A stretch of 63,765 nt of DNA, filler included, from Deltaproteobacteria bacterium (GTDB lineage Bacteria; JAUYMQ01): the NCBI GenBank assembly GCA_030698575.1. It is 15 parts of 15 records of this genome, joined end to end, with 100 filler letters (N's around TTAATTAATTAA, not from the genome) between each part and the next. Parts side by side here need not be neighbours in the genome. Positions count along the whole stretch, not along the records: positions 57,897 to 61,005 come from JAUYMQ010000339.1; positions 61,106 to 63,765 come from JAUYMQ010000340.1; 13 more parts are not named here. One strand, written 5' to 3'. A program made the translations under genes and the position numbers. The notes beneath the pieces are model-generated. The model made no database searches. It was not told the origin of the DNA and saw only the letters and a list, made by a program, of their open reading frames with translations. Numbering within the stretch: position 1 is the first letter of the stretch; each line of letters opens with the position of its first letter. Below, one piece after another: positions 57,897-63,765 of this stretch.

Positions 57897-58946
57897 GTCT
57901 TCTCCGCTTCGAGCGCGGACGACAGCATCGCCTGGTACCGGAACAAGGGCGGGCATTTCGCGCTTCCGACCATGAGCAGCGCACCGCTTCTCATCATGGA
58001 GGGGACGCAGGACGACGCGCTGAAGATCACAGCAACCCATCGCGGCCGCGCCGGCGACAACGACGTGGAGCTGGTGACCTTCGATCTGCTCTTCGAGGAG
58101 ATGGCGGGCGATGCGCTGACCAGCGCCGAGGCGAACAACCTCATCGAGAACCTGCACATCTATCTCGACGATGGCTCGACGGTCTTCGAGTCGGGCAGCG
58201 ACACCCTCGTGGCGACGGTGGTTTCGCTTTCTCTCGCGGCGGGTGTGCAGACGGCGAGCTTCACCGACAACGACGTGAACGTCCAGGTCATGCAGGGAAC
58301 GCCACGAACTTACTTCGTGGTAGCCGAACTGACGGCGAACGCGGGGAGCCAGGTGCCGACCACCTTCCGCGTCTCCCACCTCACCGAAACCACAAGTACG
58401 GGCGAGGACCGTGACAACGATCTGCCGCTCGTTCTCGAGTTCGCGACAAACGTGGCGTCGAGCCTCATCCTGGCCTCTTGCCCGACCTGCGACTTCGACA
58501 TGGACGGTCTGCTCGACACGGTCGAGAACAATACGGGCAACTTCGCCGGGCCCAGCCAGACGGGGACCAGCCCGTTCGATCCCGACAGCGACAACGACGG
58601 GTTGCTCGACGGTGTCGAGACGAACACCAACACCTTTGTCGACGCGAACGACACGGGCACCGACCCGAACGACGCCGACAGCGACAACGACGGCCTGCTG
58701 GACGGCGTCGAGACGGGCACCGGGGTATTCGTCAACGCGAACGACACGGGCACGAATCCGAACGACGCCGACAGTGACAACGACGGCTTCAATGACGGCG
58801 ACGAGGTCCTGGCGGGGACGGATCCCAACGATCCCTTCGATCCAGGTGGAACGGGCGTCCCGGCGCTGAACCCGGTCGGCGTGGGCCTCTTCCTCACCCT
58901 GCTGGCGGCGGGCGCAGCCTTACGCCGCAGACGCAGTGCGCGCTGA
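57897..58946 (+). CDS. Surface protein C-terminus: FG-GAP-like repeat end, TSP3-like DxDxDG repeats, IPTL-CTERM-like sorting tail
   Basis: DDSIAWYRN; 31-aa repeats DSDNDGLLDGVET...DTGTDPNDA; VPALN + TM + RRRR. Confidence 0.8.
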   Translation, partial: VFSASSADDSIAWYRNKGGHFALPTMSSAPLLIMEGTQDDALKITATHRGRAGDNDVELVTFDLLFEEMAGDALTSAEANNLIENLHIYLDDGSTVFESGSDTLVATVVSLSLAAGVQTASFTDNDVNVQVMQGTPRTYFVVAELTANAGSQVPTTFRVSHLTETTSTGEDRDNDLPLVLEFATNVASSLILASCPTCDFDMDGLLDTVENNTGNFAGPSQTGTSPFDPDSDNDGLLDGVETNTNTFVDANDTGTDPNDADSDNDGLLDGVETGTGVFVNANDTGTNPNDADSDNDGFNDGDEVLAGTDPNDPFDPGGTGVPALNPVGVGLFLTLLAAGAALRRRRSAR

Positions 58947-59000
58947 GCCCGTAACGGCGAAGGGCGGGACCGAGAGGTCCCGCCCTTCCTGTTTGGGGAA

Positions 59001-59735
59001 TCAGGGCCGCTTTTCCCGCCAGGGTTTCAGCCGGATACGCGGGGAGTCCTCGACGGCCTCGCCCGCCCGCCGCCCGAGCACGTGGACCATCTGCTCGGCC
59101 CAGGTGTCGATGACCGATTCAGAGTGGCCCAGCTTGTTGAAGTCGTCCGCGTGGATCGGGGAGTAAGGCGCGTTCTCCTTGTCCGCGAAGGTGGTGATCG
59201 TCTCGCCCGACTTGCTGTCCCGCACACGCGCCTCCATGGCCACGCCGCCCCGCTGAATGGCGGTGTAGATGAAGAAGAAGCTCACGGCGTTGACCCCCGG
59301 GCGCGAGGCGGTAAAGTCGGTGATGGCGAACTCGAGGTCGAGGATCCCGGGCCCACGGTCCTCGACGACCTGAAAGCGGTGGCCCGGGTCGTCCCGGAAG
59401 GCCCGCTTGAGCGCCTGCCGGGCATAAAGCGCGAGATCCTGAATCTGAGCCTCCCGGTCGCCGGCGCCGGCGGTGAGGATCGGGCTCACGGGCGGGAGCA
59501 GATGCTTGGTGTCCACCGCCGAGACCATCACTTTGGTGTAAGAGTCCCAGTTCACCCCGGGCTTGAACCAGGCGCTGTGGAACGGGAGGTCGGGCGGCTT
59601 TTGCGCCTCGGGCCGCTCGAGGACGAAGCCCGCGTTCGGGGCGGGGCCGGACTTGCAAGCCGCAAGCGGCGCGAGGGCCGCGAGCATGAGGAGGCACGCC
59701 ATCGGACGCGCGCGCTTCGCACCTCTTCCCGTCAT
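59001..59735 (-). CDS. DUF3313-like lipoprotein
   Basis: Lipobox LAAC, NAGF, LEFAITD, MEARVRDSKSGE, DTWA. Confidence 0.75.
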   Translation of the reverse strand: MTGRGAKRARPMACLLMLAALAPLAACKSGPAPNAGFVLERPEAQKPPDLPFHSAWFKPGVNWDSYTKVMVSAVDTKHLLPPVSPILTAGAGDREAQIQDLALYARQALKRAFRDDPGHRFQVVEDRGPGILDLEFAITDFTASRPGVNAVSFFFIYTAIQRGGVAMEARVRDSKSGETITTFADKENAPYSPIHADDFNKLGHSESVIDTWAEQMVHVLGRRAGEAVEDSPRIRLKPWREKRP

Positions 59736-59801
59736 GAGTCGACCCTCCCCCAATGAGCGCGAGTCAGGATAACGCGGGTACTAGAAGTTACCAAACGCGC
59801 G

Positions 59802-60542
59802 CTAAAGTGGGCGGGGAGCTTTCGGAAGATTCGGAACCAGCGGATCCAGGTCGAACCGGCCGACAAGCGGCGCGAGCGCGGCCGGGCTCCAGGTGTGGCT
59901 GGGGCCGAGCGCGAGCGCGGGGAGGTCCGCGATGACGGGCGTCTCGAGGCGCTCCCGGAGTTCCTGCAGGTTCAGAGCGTCGGCTTCCGAGAGCGGGTCC
60001 CCGGACGGATCCCATTCGTTCAGCACGACGCCCGCTATGCGGAGCCCCCGCCGATCGGCCTCACGCAGCGTGAGCAGCGTGTGGTTGATCGTGCCGAGGC
60101 GCTGGCGGGCGACGACGATCAGTGGGCAACCGAGCGTGCGCGCGAGGTCGGCCATCGTCGTCTTGCCGTCGATGGGAACGAGCAGACCGCCGGCGCCCTC
60201 GACGAGCACGACGTCGTGGCGCGCTTCGAGGCGGGCGCAGGCTTCGCGGATGCGGGCCAGATCGATGGTCGCGCCCTCGAGGCGGGCGGCGGCGGAGGGT
60301 GCTGTGGGGAGCGCCAGGGCGATCGGGTTCACGTCCTCGATCGGATCCCCGGGAGCCAGCAGGCGGTGGAGCACGGCCGCGTCCTCACCCCGCCGGCGTC
60401 CCGAGACCAGCTGCGCCCCGGTCTCGATCGGCTTCATGACCCCGGCGTTAACGCCGGCCTCGCGAAGGGCCAGGCCCAAAGCGGCGGTGGCCACCGTCTT
60501 GCCCACCCCCGTATCCGTCCCCGTGATGAAGATCCCCGCCAT
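59802..60542 (-). CDS. bioD: Dethiobiotin synthase
   Basis: FITGTDTGVGKT, MKPIETG, VEGAGG, LGTINHTLLT. Confidence 0.95.
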   Translation of the reverse strand: MAGIFITGTDTGVGKTVATAALGLALREAGVNAGVMKPIETGAQLVSGRRRGEDAAVLHRLLAPGDPIEDVNPIALALPTAPSAAARLEGATIDLARIREACARLEARHDVVLVEGAGGLLVPIDGKTTMADLARTLGCPLIVVARQRLGTINHTLLTLREADRRGLRIAGVVLNEWDPSGDPLSEADALNLQELRERLETPVIADLPALALGPSHTWSPAALAPLVGRFDLDPLVPNLPKAPRPL

Positions 60543-60544
60543 GG

Positions 60545-61005
60545 TCAGCTCCCCGAGACGGCGTCGATCGAATCACGCGTGATGTCGAGAAGCTGGTCCA
60601 GCTCCCGCGGCTTGATCCCGAGGGGCGGCATGAGGACGAGCACGTCGCCAAGCGGGCGGAGGATGGCGCCGCGTGATCGCGCCTCCATGCAGGCGCGATG
60701 GGCCATGCGATCGGCCAGCGCGTAGGCCTCCTTCGTTGCGCGATCGCGCACCAGCTCGATGCCCGCCATGAAGCCGCGCTGCCGCACGTCGCCCACGTGG
60801 GGCAGCGCCGCAATCTCCTTCAGGCGCCGCGTGAGACGGCGGATCCTCGGCTGGAGCTTCTCGAGGGTCCGCTCCTTATCGAACAGATCGAGATTCGCGA
60901 TCGCCGCGGCGCACGCCAGCGGGTTGCCCGTGTAGGTGTGGCCGTGGAAGAACGTCTTGAACTCGTCGTAGCGACCCAGGAAGGCCTGGAAGATCGTTTC
61001 GGTGG
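60545..61005 (-). CDS. bioA: DAPA aminotransferase BioA, C-terminal part
   Basis: TFFHGHTYTGNPLAC, RQRGFMAGIEL, LRPLGDV..LMPP; next to bioD. Confidence 0.92.
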
Positions 61006-61287
61006 NNNNNNNNNNNNNNNNNNNNNNNNNNNNNNNNNNNNNNNNNNNNTTAATTAATTAANNNNNNNNNNNNNNNNNNNNNNNNNNNNNNNNNNNNNNN
61101 NNNNNGTCATTTCATCTCCTCCTCTTTTCGTTCGGAACGGGGCCGAATCCAAGATCTACCTGCAAGAGCCCCGGACTTCCAATCGTTCTGGAAAGAATTA
61201 TACTTCAACCGGCCGCCTGAGCAGTTTCATGCGGAGGTCGCTGCTCTCAAGCGATTGATTCTTCGTGCAATCTAGAGGAGTCGAAGG

Positions 61288-61638
61288 ATGAAAGCGTACA
61301 CGTTTATCGGAAAAATCACGCCATCGAATGAGCGCGAGGTGTTCGTAAGAAACGGATCTGGCGCCGAAGAAACACTGCCTGTGCGTCACGACCTCTGCAA
61401 TCACTCTCCCGTTGGATTTGCGTGGGGGTATGGAGGTTCGCGTCCCGCTCAATTAGCCCTTGCCATGCTTGCCTATTTGTATGGCGATATCCAAGCGCTG
61501 AGATACTACCAATCTTTCAAGGACGATACAGTCACCGGTCTCAGCCAAGACGAGGGGTGGGAGATGACTTCCGAGCAAATTGATCTACGATTGGAGGCGT
61601 TGAAGGAGAAAGTGAAGTTCTTTCATGGTTGTATATGA
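61288..61638 (+). CDS. DUF6166-like protein
   Basis: NHSPVGFAWGYGGSRPAQLALAML and YQSFK. Confidence 0.75.
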   Translation: MKAYTFIGKITPSNEREVFVRNGSGAEETLPVRHDLCNHSPVGFAWGYGGSRPAQLALAMLAYLYGDIQALRYYQSFKDDTVTGLSQDEGWEMTSEQIDLRLEALKEKVKFFHGCI

Positions 61639-61799
61639 TCATCGCGGCAGCGCGCCTCCGCCACGCGGCAGGCCGCGGTGGCAATCTCGACGGGCGTGGC
61701 GCCCCGGGATGGGCAGGTGCGGGAATCACATAGAACGCGATCCCATGCCGAAGCCGCCGCGGGAGTGGGGGCGGAGGCAGGGCCGCTCGGAGTGGCGAC

Positions 61800-62057
61800 T
61801 CAGCCCTCCACCTTCATCTGCGCTTTCGATTTCCTCCCCGGCGCCGCCGGAGGTACATAGCCCGACACCCGGCAAAGCATCCCTTCGATCTTCTTGCCAT
61901 CGGTGTAACGAGTCAGGCGGCACATGATTATCTCACCTCGGGCCGATAGGGCTGACACGCCACGAGTCACGTTTGCAAGCGAAATACCCGTCGCCGATGC
62001 GATCTCCGAGTCGAGTCGCTCGCCGTGCGCTTTAAGGTACTGCATGATTTCTTGCAT
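61800..62057 (-). CDS. Small winged-helix DNA-binding protein
   Basis: IMQYLK..GERLDSEIASATGISL; GAGGAG RBS with TTG start. Confidence 0.75.
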   Translation of the reverse strand: MQEIMQYLKAHGERLDSEIASATGISLANVTRGVSALSARGEIIMCRLTRYTDGKKIEGMLCRVSGYVPPAAPGRKSKAQMKVEG

Positions 62058-62451
62058 TTCAAATACTCCTCATTCTTGCAGGTAGTGCAGAAGCGTCTCC
62101 GTTCTATCGATGGAGAGTGAATGCGGGATAAGTACAGGATCTACCAGCGAAATTTCGTGCGTGGAATCAGTGTAAACGCCGTGCATTATCGCACAAAAAC
62201 CCCTTAAAAATCAACACATAGATTTTGAACATGCACAACCATGAGCGCAAAACTGCCGACTTATCCACAGGGACGCGTCCGTGCGGGGGAAGGTCCGCAG
62301 GTTTAGCGCGTGGGTGGCGGATTCCCAACCAAGCGGCGGCACTTGAGAATTGCGCCAGTTTGGTTCGTCATGATTGTCCCGATATGATGCTCGAACCTGG
62401 GCGTCCGGAAGACCGGACGGACGAAGACCCTGCGCGTAAAGGAGAGCCGTT

Positions 62452-63660
62452 ATGAAGGACCGGAGAATTCTCGTGCGTTACGCGTTGACTTTCCTGGCGA
62501 CCCTCGGCTACGGAATCATGATCCCGACCCTGTCCGTTCACGCGCACTCGCTGGGGGCCGACCACGCCGCGATCGGCGTCATCATTTCCGCGTTCGCGGC
62601 GGCGCAGCTGTTGACCCAGGTCCCCATGGGCCGCCTCTCGGACCGGATCGGAAGGGTCCAGCTCGTGGTTTTCGGCTTTGGTCTCATGGCCCTCGCCGCC
62701 ACGCTTTACCATTTCGCGACCATCCCCGGGCAATTCGTTGCGTTGCAGGCGCTCGCGGGCGTGGGTGCCGGGTGCCTGTGGCCTCCGCTGATGGCCATGC
62801 TGACCGACAACGTCGGCCCCGCCGAGCGCGGCAGGATGATGGGCATATTCAACACGGTGTTCTTTCTCGGTGTCGGGATCGGCCCGCTGGCAGGCGGGTT
62901 CATCGCCAGTGCATTCGGAAATGACGCCGTGTTCAATGCGTGGACAGGCGTGGCGCTGGTGGGCGCACTGCTTTGCTTTGCCGCGATCAAGGAGTCGGCG
63001 ACGGAAAAGCGGGCTGCGGCGGCGAACGTGCGCGCCTCGGCGGCCGCGAATGCGCCGTTGATCAAGCCAGGCCTGTGGAGCACGTTTGCGGCAGGCTGCG
63101 TGATCCGCGCACGGGGCGGCGTCTGCACGAGCTTCAACTACGCGCTGCTCCCGCTCTACGCGATCGCGCTTTTTGATGCGACGCCCGCGATGATCGGAAG
63201 TATCATGTTCATACACGGCATCGGCCTGGCTTTCTTCAACATTCCGGGAGGCATGATGAGCGACCGCGTGGGCCGCAGGCTCCCGGCGCTGGCGGGGTCG
63301 CTGGTCGCGACCGCCGGCGTGCTGTGGTACTCGGCGGCAACCGGCTACTGGACGCTGTTCGCGGCGGTCGGGCTGGCCGGGGCAGGTATCGCGTTCAGCA
63401 CGCCCGCCGTGGCCGCCCTGACAGCCGATGTGTGCGACCCCAGGCGTAGAGGCGAGGCGTTCGGATATTTCCTGACCTCGTTCAATCTGGGGATGGTTCT
63501 GGGGGCCCTGGTGTTCGGTTTTGTCTCCGACAGTCTGGGTTTGTGGGGCGCGGTTTTCACCTGGGGCGTCGCCAGTTTCGCTCTCTCCCTGTTCGGTCTG
63601 CTCATCCGTGAGACCGCGAAACGGCCCGCAGTGGAGCTTGCGCCGCAATTGCGGGGATAA
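62452..63660 (+). CDS. MFS transporter
   Basis: About 12 TM helices, GRLSDRIGR and GMMSDRVGRR, ERGR; AAGGAG RBS. Confidence 0.93.
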   Translation: MKDRRILVRYALTFLATLGYGIMIPTLSVHAHSLGADHAAIGVIISAFAAAQLLTQVPMGRLSDRIGRVQLVVFGFGLMALAATLYHFATIPGQFVALQALAGVGAGCLWPPLMAMLTDNVGPAERGRMMGIFNTVFFLGVGIGPLAGGFIASAFGNDAVFNAWTGVALVGALLCFAAIKESATEKRAAAANVRASAAANAPLIKPGLWSTFAAGCVIRARGGVCTSFNYALLPLYAIALFDATPAMIGSIMFIHGIGLAFFNIPGGMMSDRVGRRLPALAGSLVATAGVLWYSAATGYWTLFAAVGLAGAGIAFSTPAVAALTADVCDPRRRGEAFGYFLTSFNLGMVLGALVFGFVSDSLGLWGAVFTWGVASFALSLFGLLIRETAKRPAVELAPQLRG

Positions 63661-63765
63661 GGGCTCGATTACCGGGTTGCACGACATCACTCGTCGCGAG
63701 CAGGCATCGTGCCGATTCGACTTGCAAAATGCCATTGGCAAAGTACCTTCTCCAGGGGAGAAGAC

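Noticed and set aside
62261-62269. Replication origin
   Set aside because: Only one DnaA box, and no dnaA, dnaN or gidA context

Overview
This window is not one locus. It is 15 GC-rich bacterial contigs joined by 14 artificial 100-nt linkers (N44-TTAATTAATTAA-N44), so adjacency across a linker means nothing. Housekeeping content: a dcw cluster (mraZ-STAS-rsmH-ftsL-ftsI-murE-murF-mraY), ptsH-ptsI-pgi/pmi, miaB-DUF151, tuf-rpmG-tRNA-Trp-secE-nusG-rplK-rplA-L10 leader, bioAD, queF, the end of ilvD and an FdhF/YdeP gene. Accessory content: a Ycf46-like AAA+ operon with an unannotated 45-aa ORF and a membrane-anchored DUF1257-like protein; a full group II intron inserted antisense into the right end of an IS256; an RHS toxin followed by a lipoprotein and an orphan RHS fragment; a propeller/methyltransferase biosynthetic cluster probably split over two contigs; an RnfD-like + DUF2330 pair; and a DUF4062-DUF1156 defence-type island broken by IS1634, IS630 and RT fragments. 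The strongest unannotated signal is a complete sigma54 promoter (tandem palindromic enhancer, IHF-like site, -24/-12) directly upstream of a structured, C-rich-loop RNA at 26202-26340. Family names come from motif recognition by eye, not from database searches.
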